Assembly (NCBI GenBank): GCA_020720785.1
Contig: DYOA01000009.1
Location: 844-64,843 of the forward strand
DNA: 64,000 bases
Direction of reading: 5' to 3'
Source of the DNA: Leptospira biflexa
GTDB taxonomy: Bacteria; Spirochaetota; Leptospiria; Turneriellales; DYLW01
Below the pieces are notes generated by a model. That model saw only the letters and a program-made list of their open reading frames with translations, was not told the origin of the DNA and did not search any database. The position numbers were made by a program, and so were the translations under genes. How positions within the stretch are numbered: position 1 is the first letter of the stretch; every line of letters starts with the position of its first letter. This document shows positions 29,763-40,180 of this stretch, in pieces.

Positions 29763-31805
29763 ATGAGCGTTCAAACCGTATTATTGATTATTATATTCGC
29801 AGTTATATTTTTTGCTGCATGGAGCATGTCATTTGCCGTGGCTATGAAATACTGGAAGCTTGCACACCAAGGGCAGCCGGTTGAAATAAAAACTCCGCTG
29901 GGAGAAAGAATAAAAAACGTGGTGATCTATGTGCTTTTACAAAAGAAGTTGATGAAGAAACCCGCCCGGGGCATTTTTCATATCTTTGTCATTGGTGGCT
30001 TTGCCGTTTATGGCCTGCATACCGGAAGCCAGTTCATTGGCGGATTTATGGGGGATTTTCATTTTTATATCCCGGCTTTTCTGGGCACCGGCTTTGAGCA
30101 TTTTTATGATTTCTTTCTGGATGTGTTTTCCCTATTGGTTCTCTCCGGGCTTGGTTTTTTTGCCACCCGCCGATGGCTTTTAAAAGCCCCGGAACTGGAC
30201 CGCCCCTCCCCCCAGAGCGTGGTGGTGATCACAATGATTTCCCTTTTGATGCTTTTTACCCTGTTTGGTGAGCCTGCAAAAATGATTATGGGAGATTTTG
30301 CCGCTGCCAGCCCCATCCGTATCACCCTCGCAGGGATGTATCAGGATATGGGTGTGGATCCGGTTTCTGCAAAGACCATCTATTACATTGGGTGGTGGGG
30401 ACATATTTTAACCGTATTTGCCTTTATGGTCTATGTACCGGGCTCCAAACATGCCCACCTCATCTGGGCTCCTTTTAATTTCTGGTTCAAAAAGAACAAT
30501 CCCGATGGGGAAATGCCGTTTCTGGATACGGAAAACTCCATCGTCTGGGGTGCCGCCAATGTGCAGGACTTTACCTGGAAAAATCTGCTGGATTCCTTAT
30601 CCTGTATTGAATGTGGCCGCTGTACTCTGGTATGCCCGGCAAACAGAACCGGCAAGGTACTGGATCCCAAAAAAATAATGAATGACATGAAGCACGCCCT
30701 CATGGAGCAGATGCCCAAAGTGGCGGATGCCAGAAAAGCCGGTATGAGTGCGGAAGATATCATGGCCATAGAAGGTGTTCGGGTTATTGATAATTATATT
30801 TCCCAGGAAGCTCTCTGGGGATGTACCACCTGTTTTGCCTGTGCGGATGCCTGTCCTGTAGGTAACAACCAGCCGGAAGCTATTCTCCAGATGAGAAGAG
30901 CCCTTGTCCTGAATGAAGGAAATCTTCCCTCAGAACTCCAGGGTGCTTTGACAAACATAGAAAACCAATCCAATCCATGGGGCGTTGGCTCTCATAAAAG
31001 GGAGGAATGGGCAGAAGGTCTGAATGTGAAAACCATGGCCAATTGGAAAGAATCCGGAGAAAAACCGGATATACTCTATTGGGTGGGTTGTGCCGGAGCC
31101 TTTGATGACCGTTCCATAAAAATTGCCCGCTCGTTTACCAATGTGCTCCAGAAAGCCGGGGTTAAATTTGGAATCCTGGGAACGGAAGAAAGCTGTACAG
31201 GGGATTCTGCACGGCGTGCGGGAAATGAATACCTGTATCAAACGCTTGCCCAGACCAATATTGATGTCATGAATGGCTATGAAGTGAAAAAAATTGTGGC
31301 CACCTGTCCACACTGCTATAACACCATCAAAAATGAATACCCGCAATTAGGTGGGAATTTTGAGGTCATCCACCATGGGGACTATATGCAACAACTCATC
31401 AGTGAAGGCAAGATCAAACTGGATCCACAGAAAGCAAAAGATCTGGGGACTCTCACGTACCATGATTCTTGTTACCTGGGAAGATATAATGAAATCTATG
31501 CTGCACCCCGGGAAATCATCCAGAGTGCCACAGGAAATCTGGTTGTGGAACCTGCTGACCACCATTCCAATGGATTGTGTTGCGGTGCGGGTGGTGCACA
31601 GATGTGGATGGAAGAACAGGAAAGCCATGGTTCGCGTATTTTTGAAATGCGCACCGAACAGCTTGTCTGCACTGCCGCGAATACCATCGCCACTGCCTGT
31701 CCTTTTTGTATGACCATGGTCAGTGACGGAGTCAAGGGTATGGAGAAAGAAGAAAGTGTAAAAACACTCGACATTGCGGAGATTGTGGAAAAGGCGATTG
31801 TTTAA
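29763..31805 (+). CDS. Membrane Fe-S oxidoreductase (FadF/HdrD-GlpC-like; TM + 2x4Fe-4S + CCG domains)
   Basis: NarI-like TM region with His residues, CIECGRCTLVCP, CTTCFACADACP, HDSCYLGR, CCGAGG, TACPFC. Confidence 0.9.
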   Translation: MSVQTVLLIIIFAVIFFAAWSMSFAVAMKYWKLAHQGQPVEIKTPLGERIKNVVIYVLLQKKLMKKPARGIFHIFVIGGFAVYGLHTGSQFIGGFMGDFHFYIPAFLGTGFEHFYDFFLDVFSLLVLSGLGFFATRRWLLKAPELDRPSPQSVVVITMISLLMLFTLFGEPAKMIMGDFAAASPIRITLAGMYQDMGVDPVSAKTIYYIGWWGHILTVFAFMVYVPGSKHAHLIWAPFNFWFKKNNPDGEMPFLDTENSIVWGAANVQDFTWKNLLDSLSCIECGRCTLVCPANRTGKVLDPKKIMNDMKHALMEQMPKVADARKAGMSAEDIMAIEGVRVIDNYISQEALWGCTTCFACADACPVGNNQPEAILQMRRALVLNEGNLPSELQGALTNIENQSNPWGVGSHKREEWAEGLNVKTMANWKESGEKPDILYWVGCAGAFDDRSIKIARSFTNVLQKAGVKFGILGTEESCTGDSARRAGNEYLYQTLAQTNIDVMNGYEVKKIVATCPHCYNTIKNEYPQLGGNFEVIHHGDYMQQLISEGKIKLDPQKAKDLGTLTYHDSCYLGRYNEIYAAPREIIQSATGNLVVEPADHHSNGLCCGAGGAQMWMEEQESHGSRIFEMRTEQLVCTAANTIATACPFCMTMVSDGVKGMEKEESVKTLDIAEIVEKAIV

Positions 31806-31806
31806 T

Positions 31807-32637
31807 ATGAGCAATGTTCATTCAACTGCGTTAGTGGATCCGGCGGCAAAAATACATCCGGATGCGGAAATTGGCCCGTTTTGTATCATTGGGCCCAAGG
31901 TTTCCATTGGTGCCGGAACCCGTCTTCATTCCAATGTGAAAGTCAGCGGATATGTGGAGATTGGGGAAAAGAATGAAATTTTCAACGGCACTGCACTGGG
32001 GGAAGTGGCCCAGGATTTTTCCATCGTTCCCGGTGGGGATTACCGGCTGAAAATTGGGAATAACAATATCATCCGGGAAAATGTGACCATGCACCTTTCC
32101 ACAAAAGAAGGAAAATATACCACAGTAGGAAACAATAATTTTTTCATGGTGGGGTCACATGTTGCCCATGATGTGGTCGTGGGGAATCATGCAATTATCA
32201 TCAATGAGGTGGCCCTGGCTGGCCATACGGTTGTGGAAAACAATGCGTATATCGGCGGGATTTCCGGCATTGTGCAGTTTGTCCGGATTGGGGCTTATGC
32301 CGCTCTGGGGGCGAACAGTAAAATCTCCATGGATTTGCCACCATATTTCCTGGCCAATGGGAATCCTGCCCGGGTCCATGGGATCAATATGGTGGGGTTG
32401 AAACGTGCCGGCTTTACCATAGAAACCAGAAAGTATATTAAAGAGGTATACAGAAACCTGTATCTCTCCCATCTTCCATTAAAAGCCGCCATTGAAAAAT
32501 CGGATGCTCTGTTGCAAACCTTGGATAAAAACAGCCAGGAATATGAGAAAATATCCCATCTGGTGGATTTTATCAAAAACAGTAAAAAAGGCATTGCACA
32601 CCATGCCGGCAGCCGGGCGGAAGAAAAAGATCTTTAA
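31807..32637 (+). CDS. lpxA: Acyl-ACP--UDP-N-acetylglucosamine O-acyltransferase
   Basis: Hexapeptide repeats, QD, IRENVT, SHVAHD, LAGH, QFVRIG, GINMVGLKRAG. Confidence 0.93.
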   Translation: MSNVHSTALVDPAAKIHPDAEIGPFCIIGPKVSIGAGTRLHSNVKVSGYVEIGEKNEIFNGTALGEVAQDFSIVPGGDYRLKIGNNNIIRENVTMHLSTKEGKYTTVGNNNFFMVGSHVAHDVVVGNHAIIINEVALAGHTVVENNAYIGGISGIVQFVRIGAYAALGANSKISMDLPPYFLANGNPARVHGINMVGLKRAGFTIETRKYIKEVYRNLYLSHLPLKAAIEKSDALLQTLDKNSQEYEKISHLVDFIKNSKKGIAHHAGSRAEEKDL

Positions 32638-33848
32638 ATTTTTGACATTAGATTCCAGAAAGCTTCTCCGCCATAATGGGTTTCCAGCCCATAGGCCTCG
32701 GAGATGCTTTCCGCGATGTCAGAGAACGTTTTTCTCACACCCATGTTCTTTTTTTCTGCATTTTTAAATGTTTTATTATATATCAGCAGTGGAGAATATT
32801 CTCTGGTGTGGGCATTTTCCTGGAGTAAATCACAGCCGTGCACTCCGGTAATAAAAACCCAGTCAAAGTCATTTATATTACGCAGGATTTTTGGGATCTG
32901 GGAATCCATTTTTTCCAGCATTTTCACATAGTCGTACAGATTATGGTTATAATAATGGCATAAGTCCATGTTCATTATATTGGCCACAAAGACAGCTTTG
33001 CCGTCAGGGTCCGTGGCCGCGTCCCGGATTTCATCACTCAGATAGTTCATCAGCTCAACCGGATCAGATATCTGGTAGTCCTCCGCAAATCCGGCATAGT
33101 TATAAATTTTCCCAATATTCCCATAGGCATAGACCGGAATTCTTTTTAATTCCAGGGTCTGGAATACAGTGTTCTGGTCCAGGATCTCAAAAAATACATC
33201 CTTTCTCTTATCCGGGATGAGCCGGAAAGACTCTGATCCTCCATCCATGATATGCAAAACACCTTGGGCGATTTTATGAGCAGAAATATTTTCCTTCATA
33301 AATTCCAGTATTTCTTTTTCCTTGCGGTTTGTTTTGGCTATGTCATTGACATGGATGGCCAGTTCCAGGGTGGACTCATTTTTTTCCGTAAAAAGAATGG
33401 GCAGGAGGGGTTCCTTTGCATTGAGTCTTTCCAGGTTTTTCATCACCTCCGCCAATGAAGTTACATGCAGAATCTGGAGCTCCGTGCCCAGGAATTCCCG
33501 GAACGTATCAGAAACGGATTCAGGTATCTCTTCTTCAAATACACGGAAAGGTTTCTGAAGGTTAATCCCTGCCAGCTCCAGAAATCCTGAGGCAATGTCC
33601 TTGCCGTCGGTGCGGGAACGGATTTTTCCGTAATAGGCCCAGGGCAGGTTGGGTTTCTCCGCCCCTTTTATATAGGTAATGTTCCCCAGCCCCAGTTGGG
33701 ACAAATTGGGTATGCGGATGCCGCCCACCTCATCCGCAAAATGCCCCAGTGTATTCACATGAAAATTCTCATGATACCGAAAGCTGTCGGGTTGTGGACC
33801 ACAACCCAGAGTATTTGCCACCAGAATGACAATTTTCTGGAAAATCAT
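32634..33848 (-). CDS. Phosphopentomutase (DeoB)-like protein with degenerate active site
   Basis: NTLGH, PNLSQLGLGN, AYYGK, GKD, HTREY align to DeoB, but several catalytic residues are substituted. Confidence 0.8.
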   Translation of the reverse strand: MIFQKIVILVANTLGCGPQPDSFRYHENFHVNTLGHFADEVGGIRIPNLSQLGLGNITYIKGAEKPNLPWAYYGKIRSRTDGKDIASGFLELAGINLQKPFRVFEEEIPESVSDTFREFLGTELQILHVTSLAEVMKNLERLNAKEPLLPILFTEKNESTLELAIHVNDIAKTNRKEKEILEFMKENISAHKIAQGVLHIMDGGSESFRLIPDKRKDVFFEILDQNTVFQTLELKRIPVYAYGNIGKIYNYAGFAEDYQISDPVELMNYLSDEIRDAATDPDGKAVFVANIMNMDLCHYYNHNLYDYVKMLEKMDSQIPKILRNINDFDWVFITGVHGCDLLQENAHTREYSPLLIYNKTFKNAEKKNMGVRKTFSDIAESISEAYGLETHYGGEAFWNLMSKI

Positions 33849-34675
33849 CAGTACTTACGGTAAACACCCACTAGTTTCCCCATGATCTGTGACTGATCTC
33901 TGGATGTGAGCAGGATTGGCTTGTAATTGTCATTCTCCGGCTGGAGGATAATGGCGTTCTCTGTCCGGCGAAATGTCTTCAGGGTTGCTTCTGTGTCAAT
34001 GAGTGCAGCCACAATGTCTCCATTCTGGATTTCAATGTCCACATCATCCACTCTTTTGATTACGGAGATATCTCCATCCATGATTCCCGCTTTTACCATG
34101 CTGTCGCCTTTTACACGCAACGCAAAAAAAGTCCCATTTTGTGGCATAAAGCTTTTTGGCATGGGGATGGATGTTTCAATATTCTCTTCTGCGAGGATGG
34201 GCACACCGGCCGCGATGGTACCAATCAACGGCACAAAGATAACCTCATCCATATTTTCAATGCCACTGCTCTGCAATTCCTTTTTATGAGGATTATGCAC
34301 CAGTTCCATTCCACGGGCGGATCCGGGAAACAGTCGCAGATATCCTTTTTTTGCTATGGAGCGGATATGGTCATGCCCGGCTTTGGGGGAAATCCCAAAG
34401 TATTCGGATATTTGCCGAACGGTGGGTGGAAAGCCAACCACATTGATATGGTGGGTGATAAAATCCAGGACAATGGACTGTTTTTCTGTAAGAGATAATT
34501 TTCCCAGTTCAACATCCATTCTACGGCTTTTCTGGCGAAATGCTCCCAGGTCTCCTTCTCCGGGTTTGAAAGGGAATGATCCTTCCAGAATTTTCAGAGG
34601 CTCATTTCCTCTTTTCCTTTTTTCTATTTTTTCTGCTTTGGGTTTTTTTCTGGTGTATTTCCTTTTTTCTTCCAT
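33848..34675 (-). CDS. lexA: SOS repressor LexA with basic N-terminal extension
   Basis: LTEKQ...GFPPTVRQI wHTH, IAAGVP cleavage site, GDSM serine, ATLK lysine. Confidence 0.95.
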   Translation of the reverse strand: MEEKRKYTRKKPKAEKIEKRKRGNEPLKILEGSFPFKPGEGDLGAFRQKSRRMDVELGKLSLTEKQSIVLDFITHHINVVGFPPTVRQISEYFGISPKAGHDHIRSIAKKGYLRLFPGSARGMELVHNPHKKELQSSGIENMDEVIFVPLIGTIAAGVPILAEENIETSIPMPKSFMPQNGTFFALRVKGDSMVKAGIMDGDISVIKRVDDVDIEIQNGDIVAALIDTEATLKTFRRTENAIILQPENDNYKPILLTSRDQSQIMGKLVGVYRKY

Positions 34676-34809
34676 TTTGATGCCTCTATTTTTTTATTTT
34701 TTTTAAAATCATTATGGCAAATCTCCGGGCACACATCCCGTCCCCTTTGTAGTACTCATATAAATGCTTTTAATATGTAAAGTAAAAAATATTTTTGCTC
34801 TAATATTAA

Positions 34810-37278
34810 ATGACGGTACACATAAAAAATCCAATCTGGATTATGCGTGGAAATAGTATTTTGTCTCTGAATCGGTTTGAAAAGATTTTTTTTAATATAT
34901 TCATTTTTACATCGTTTATTGGGGGAATATTTCTGGGGACTCTGATGGTTTCCCTGGAAAACAAGGCAGACCTGGAAAAATTAGCATCATTCCAGCCCAC
35001 CTTGCCCACCCGGTTAATTGATACAAAGGGACGTCTAATTTCTGAATTATTCCAGCATAAAAGGACATTGATCACACTGGAAGAGATTCCCAATCCAGTC
35101 ATTGCCGCTTTCCTGGCAGTGGAGGATACTAATTTTTATAACCATTTTGGCATTGATTTTGTTGGAATCCTGCGGGCGGCATGGGCAAACCTAAAAGCCG
35201 GGTCCATCGTTCAGGGTGGTTCCACCCTGACCCAGCAGTTAGTGAAGGGTCTGTACACGGAGGGAGAGAAAACTTTTATCCGTAAATTCTATGAAGCGGT
35301 ACTGGCCCTACAGGTAGAAAATGAATTTTCCAAAAATGAGATTCTGGAAATATATTTTAATCAAATCTATCTGGGTCATGGCACCTATGGCATTTCCACG
35401 GCGGCAGAGTTTTATTTTGATAAATCTCTGGGGGATTTGAATTTAGTGGAAGGATCCATTCTGGCCGCCCTGCCCAAAGCGCCTCATACATACAGTCCCT
35501 TCCGTAGTCCCCATGAGGCAATGGCAAAAAATAGGATAATTCTCAATCGGCTTGCGGAGCTGGGTTATATTGAAAGAAAGGAAACGGAAGAATTCCATAA
35601 AAAATTCTGGGAAAAATACTGGGAGAAAATTGTTCTCACGCCTCCCACTGCCACCAGTTTTGGGGAAAAAATTAACAAGGCACCTCATTTCGCGGAATAT
35701 ATCCGCCAGGAGGCAGAAGGGCTCTTTGGCGAGAAAAATATTTATTCCAAGGGTTACCAGATATACACTACCCTGGATCTGGATCAGCAGAAAATTGCAG
35801 ACCGGCTGTTAAAAGAAACCGTGAGGAAGCAGGATGCTCTGGCCCAAAGCAGCAATTTTATACGAGGTGGAACCAGAAGCCTGGGTGGACATGTGAGCAT
35901 GGATCCCGGTAAAAATATCCAAATCGGCAAAGAGGAAACATTTGAAGATAAATTCAGAAAGACTTTCAAAAAGGAACTCAGTGAAGGGTTTGAAGTGCTG
36001 GGACTCATTCTTCCTGTCAAGCCACACAATGAGGTATCCATGGCATTTCTGGAGAAAACCCGGGATTTTCAGGCCGAACTAAAAGTGGAAGGGGCATTTC
36101 TGGCAATGGAACCGCATACGGGACGATTAACAGCCATGGTGGGGGGAAGAGAATTCAATGCCAATAGTCAATTCAACCGTGCCACCCAGGCAAGACGCCA
36201 GCCGGGAAGTGCGTTCAAGCCATTTATCTATGGTGGTGCTATGGAGGCGAGGGCCATGCACTATGCCATGGGATTTGTGGATTCTCCGGTGGTGAACGTC
36301 CGTCCCGATGGATCCGTATGGGCACCTGGGAATTACAATGATGTTTATACCGGATATGTCCATGCTCATAATGCACTGGCACAATCATTGAACCTGGTTT
36401 CTGTTCAGATATATGATCTGGTGGGGCCGGACGTGATCATTGATTTTGCTTCCCGCCTGATTAATATCCCCCCGTCCCGGTTTCAGCCGGATCCCACCCT
36501 GGCTCTGGGAACCTCAGAGTTGACACCCCAGGAAATGTTGCTGGGTTATACCACTTTGATTCACAAAGGAAAGGAAATTATTCCCCATGGGATTATTTAT
36601 GTCACCGACCGGGATGGAAATGTTATCTATAATTCAGAGGAACAGGTTTTCCAGATTCTCAGCTATAAACGTAAAAACGGAAAAGACCAGATTATTGAAG
36701 AAGGTATTTCCTTCATTATGCGAAAAATGATGACCAATGTGGTGGACTCCGGTACGGCCAGTACCCTCCGGCAGTATTACCAGGGTCCCGCAGCCGGGAA
36801 AACCGGAACAACCCAGGGCTGGCATGATGCCTGGTTTTGTGGAAGCACTCCGGATTTGGCTGCCGTCATCTGGGTGGGGCTGGATAACTGGAAAATGTCG
36901 CTGGGGGTGGACCAGACCGGTGGTTGGATTGCCGCCCCATTCTGGGGAAAATTCATGGGTGAAGTTTACAGCAAGAGGGGGTATACTCCGGAGCCCTTTT
37001 CTGAAGTGCTTCCCAGAGGAGTCCGCCAGGGTGCCGTGAGTGCCATCAATGGCCGATGGCTGAATCCGGAATGCAATCCTCCGGAACCGGCTGTGGGTAC
37101 TCTGATACCGGAGCCCATTAAACTGGGGAACCAGTGGAAAAAGGTGGGGGGCCCCACTTCTGACTGTTCCGGGGTAAAGACCAGAAGTTTTCTGGATATA
37201 CTTCAGGAACAGAATAAAATATCGGATAATGAACTGGGCAAGAAAAAAGGATATAACAGACTGTACCGTGGTGAATAG
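34810..37278 (+). CDS. mrcA: Class A penicillin-binding protein PBP1A
   Basis: EDTNFYNHFG, QGGSTLTQQLVK, RKFYE, QPGSAFK (SxxK), SLN, KTGT; start approximate. Confidence 0.93.
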   Translation: MTVHIKNPIWIMRGNSILSLNRFEKIFFNIFIFTSFIGGIFLGTLMVSLENKADLEKLASFQPTLPTRLIDTKGRLISELFQHKRTLITLEEIPNPVIAAFLAVEDTNFYNHFGIDFVGILRAAWANLKAGSIVQGGSTLTQQLVKGLYTEGEKTFIRKFYEAVLALQVENEFSKNEILEIYFNQIYLGHGTYGISTAAEFYFDKSLGDLNLVEGSILAALPKAPHTYSPFRSPHEAMAKNRIILNRLAELGYIERKETEEFHKKFWEKYWEKIVLTPPTATSFGEKINKAPHFAEYIRQEAEGLFGEKNIYSKGYQIYTTLDLDQQKIADRLLKETVRKQDALAQSSNFIRGGTRSLGGHVSMDPGKNIQIGKEETFEDKFRKTFKKELSEGFEVLGLILPVKPHNEVSMAFLEKTRDFQAELKVEGAFLAMEPHTGRLTAMVGGREFNANSQFNRATQARRQPGSAFKPFIYGGAMEARAMHYAMGFVDSPVVNVRPDGSVWAPGNYNDVYTGYVHAHNALAQSLNLVSVQIYDLVGPDVIIDFASRLINIPPSRFQPDPTLALGTSELTPQEMLLGYTTLIHKGKEIIPHGIIYVTDRDGNVIYNSEEQVFQILSYKRKNGKDQIIEEGISFIMRKMMTNVVDSGTASTLRQYYQGPAAGKTGTTQGWHDAWFCGSTPDLAAVIWVGLDNWKMSLGVDQTGGWIAAPFWGKFMGEVYSKRGYTPEPFSEVLPRGVRQGAVSAINGRWLNPECNPPEPAVGTLIPEPIKLGNQWKKVGGPTSDCSGVKTRSFLDILQEQNKISDNELGKKKGYNRLYRGE

Positions 37279-38368
37279 CCTTTTCCATCTGTATCCTCTC
37301 ATCCGGCCATTATTGTTTTCCATGGATGCGGAGAAAGCCCATGAAAGGGCCTTGCGATTTCTGGAAAAATTCCCCTTTCATCCTGTCATACCGGAATATT
37401 CCCGGCTCCGTATTGAATTACTTGGGCACACCCTGGCCAATCCTTTTGCTATGGCTGGGGGATTTGATAAAGATGGACGTGTGTTTGATAAGCTCTTTCA
37501 TTATGGTTTTTCTTTGGTGGAGACAGGAACCCTCACTCCGCTTGCCCAGCCCGGCAATGAGGGAATCCGCATGTACCGCCTGAAAAAAGAAAAATCCCTG
37601 ATCAACAGGATGGGGTTTAATAATGCCGGCATAGATGCCTTTTTGGAAAATTACCGGAAAAAAGCATCCTCCATTCCGGAAATGGGGCGATTGGGTGTGA
37701 GCATAGGAAAAAATAAGAATACCCCCAATGAAGAAGCGGTGCAGGATTATGCTATCCAGATTGAAAAATTGAATGCAGCGGATGCCTCTCTCAAAAAAAT
37801 TCTTTATTACGCAATCAATATTTCCTCCCCCAACACCCCCGGATTGCGGGAATTGCAGGATGAAAAGGCTATCCGGGGTTTTCTGGAATCCCTGAAAAAG
37901 ATTTCCCATCGGCCACTTTTAGTAAAATTTGCACCGGATTTTGACTCCGTTTCCCGTTTTCAGAAAACCCTGGAAAGCTCTCTGGAGGCCGGCATGGACG
38001 GGTTTATTCTGACCAATACCACCAGCGATGCCGATATGCACGATGCGTTCCGCAGGAAATATTCCATCCCTTTTGAGGGTGGCGGCATCTCCGGGCAGCT
38101 ATTGAAGGATAAGTCCTCGCTTTATCTGACGACAGCCAGAAAGATTGTTCCTGCCAATATTCCATTAATTGCATCCGGAGGAATATCCGATAACAATACG
38201 GTATGGGAAAGATTCGTATCCGGAGCGGGAATGGTCCAGATTTATACGGGGTTCATCTACTCCGGTCCGCTTCTCATTGCAAAACTCAGCCGGGGACTTC
38301 AGGATTATCTGGAGAAAAATCATTATGAGTCACTGGAGGAATGGCGGCAATCCCTTCCGGAAAATTAG
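37271..38368 (+). CDS. pyrD: Quinone-dependent dihydroorotate dehydrogenase
   Basis: DAEKAH, GFDKDG, QPGN, INRMGFNN, NISSPNTPGLR, TNTT, GGISG. Confidence 0.95.
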   Translation: MNSLFHLYPLIRPLLFSMDAEKAHERALRFLEKFPFHPVIPEYSRLRIELLGHTLANPFAMAGGFDKDGRVFDKLFHYGFSLVETGTLTPLAQPGNEGIRMYRLKKEKSLINRMGFNNAGIDAFLENYRKKASSIPEMGRLGVSIGKNKNTPNEEAVQDYAIQIEKLNAADASLKKILYYAINISSPNTPGLRELQDEKAIRGFLESLKKISHRPLLVKFAPDFDSVSRFQKTLESSLEAGMDGFILTNTTSDADMHDAFRRKYSIPFEGGGISGQLLKDKSSLYLTTARKIVPANIPLIASGGISDNNTVWERFVSGAGMVQIYTGFIYSGPLLIAKLSRGLQDYLEKNHYESLEEWRQSLPEN

Positions 38369-39296
38369 GAAAATCCGGATACTTCTGGTCTTACTGCCGA
38401 TTTTTTTTCATCCCGTTTTCGCTGAACACTCCGGTTACTGGATTGATGAGCAGAATATCCACCACAGGACGGACACATATAAACAGGGTTTGGATAAAAA
38501 GGGTTTTCCAGCCATAAAAACGGAGATGGATGAAGACTGCCGCAGTAAAAAAAGTTTATCGTATTACACATGTTATAATCTGGCCGTTTATCTTGTGGAG
38601 AAGGGTCGGAAAGAGGAAGCAAAAAAATATCTGACAATGGCCTTCCGGAAAAATAACAATTTTTATGAACCCGTGAATATGTATTTTTACTATTTTCCAG
38701 AGTCTGTACAAGACATCCTGGCTCTATCCGGGGATAAAAAATATTATTATTATATCCTGGCACGGAATGCCGCCGCTAAAAAAAATCTTCCATTATCACG
38801 GAAATATCTTTATCTGGCCGGAAAAGCCGGAATGACAAACGCTTCCTTGATATACTCTGACCCTGCGTTTAAATTTGCCCAATCCACAAAGGAATTTTCA
38901 TCTTTTGTCCGTGAGAATTTTGTGGAAAAAAAACAATCGGAAGTTACGCTTTTGTCCTACCTCTATCTGAAAAAGAGCCCGCTCTTTGGGATTATTGATG
39001 AGGAATACACATTGCAGAAGCATAAATTATCCCCCAATCCGGAAAAAGTTTTATATTATTATTACCGGGCACGGGGCCATGCGTATTCCGGCAATCCGGC
39101 AGGAGTCCGCATGGAGCTGGATCGTATGTTTGCCAAACTGGATGAGAAAAAATCGGATAAGCAACATATCCTGAGTTTAAAAAGATATATGCTTTTATTT
39201 ATCAACCAGAGTGAACCATTTGTCCACCTGAAGGATTCCCGTTTTCAGGATTTTCTGGAGGACAAGAAGGATGAATATGGTATTAAAAATGATTAA
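38325..39296 (+). CDS. Exported TPR-like hypothetical protein
   Basis: Signal-like N-terminus; YNLAVYLVEKGRKEEAKKYL and other TPR-like helices; start approximate. Confidence 0.62.
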   Translation: MSHWRNGGNPFRKIRKIRILLVLLPIFFHPVFAEHSGYWIDEQNIHHRTDTYKQGLDKKGFPAIKTEMDEDCRSKKSLSYYTCYNLAVYLVEKGRKEEAKKYLTMAFRKNNNFYEPVNMYFYYFPESVQDILALSGDKKYYYYILARNAAAKKNLPLSRKYLYLAGKAGMTNASLIYSDPAFKFAQSTKEFSSFVRENFVEKKQSEVTLLSYLYLKKSPLFGIIDEEYTLQKHKLSPNPEKVLYYYYRARGHAYSGNPAGVRMELDRMFAKLDEKKSDKQHILSLKRYMLLFINQSEPFVHLKDSRFQDFLEDKKDEYGIKND

Positions 39297-39966
39297 AATA
39301 TGCCACACTCTTCCGGTGGTGCTGGTTTTCCTTGGAATAGCATTATCTCTTACCAGTGCGGTAATCCTGCCTTCCCAGGAAAAAGCCGGAATTGAGGAAG
39401 GACAGGAATTTTCCGGGGTTGAGGATTCCCTGTCTTTCCTTCGCTATGGAAACCTGGACAAAAGAATACGATGGGTTGGGGATAAACAACGGGTGATGTC
39501 CTGGGAAGAAATCAGAAGTTGGGGTTATTCAGCCGGGATTTCTGTATCCGCTCCATCATCGGTTAGCCCAAACCCTTTTGGGTTGTTTTTTAATGCACCC
39601 GGCCTGGGATTCAGCCTATACACAAGCAATCCGGAAATAAAAACCGGCTGGATTCTGACTTTGGATTTAGCGGTGTTCCGGGAGCGACTTCCCTATAAGA
39701 CCAATGACGAAAAAATATCCAGCTCGTATTCCTATCTGGAACGGCAAACTTCGATGGAAATATGGATTAATAACGTTTTCTATAAAAAGATGGAAATGGG
39801 ATATGGGGCACGCGAAGAAAGCCCCAGTAGGATGCAGATTCCTTATATTCAGTCGTCGGATGGTAGGGTGGATGTGGATATCCGGTTGCGGAATTTTCCT
39901 GGTAACTTCGCCATTCTGTATTCAGCACGGGTTCACAGAGAGCTTAACCCTCCGCTTCCGTTTTAG
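39271..39966 (+). CDS. Exported hypothetical protein
   Basis: Hydrophobic N-terminus, beta-rich body; in operon with upstream genes. Confidence 0.6.
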   Translation: MNMVLKMIKICHTLPVVLVFLGIALSLTSAVILPSQEKAGIEEGQEFSGVEDSLSFLRYGNLDKRIRWVGDKQRVMSWEEIRSWGYSAGISVSAPSSVSPNPFGLFFNAPGLGFSLYTSNPEIKTGWILTLDLAVFRERLPYKTNDEKISSSYSYLERQTSMEIWINNVFYKKMEMGYGAREESPSRMQIPYIQSSDGRVDVDIRLRNFPGNFAILYSARVHRELNPPLPF

Positions 39967-40150
39967 CCTTTCTTACTTTCTGGAAAACAACCTGTTTACC
40001 GTTATAATAGCCACACTCCGGGCAAACCACATGTGGCTTGGTAAAAGCACCACAATGGGGGCATGGTCTCAGCTCTGGCCGGGTTAAGGCATGGTGAGAT
40101 CTTCGGTTTCCTTGTCTGGAAGGAGATGTTCTTCTTTTTGGTACTGCCAT
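39944..40150 (-). CDS. rpmF: 50S ribosomal protein L32 (Zn-binding C+ form)
   Basis: MAVPKRRTS...RRSH...CPHCG...[10 protein letters not shown]. Confidence 0.97.
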   Translation of the reverse strand: MAVPKRRTSPSRQGNRRSHHALTRPELRPCPHCGAFTKPHVVCPECGYYNGKQVVFQKVRKAKTEAEG

Positions 40151-40180
40151 TATTCCAGAAATGAAATTGCAGACGCTCCG

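Noticed and set aside
34676..34810. SOS box upstream of lexA
   Set aside because: No match by eye to the Leptospira TTTG-N5-CAAA, E. coli CTG-N10-CAG or Bacillus GAAC-N4-GTTC boxes
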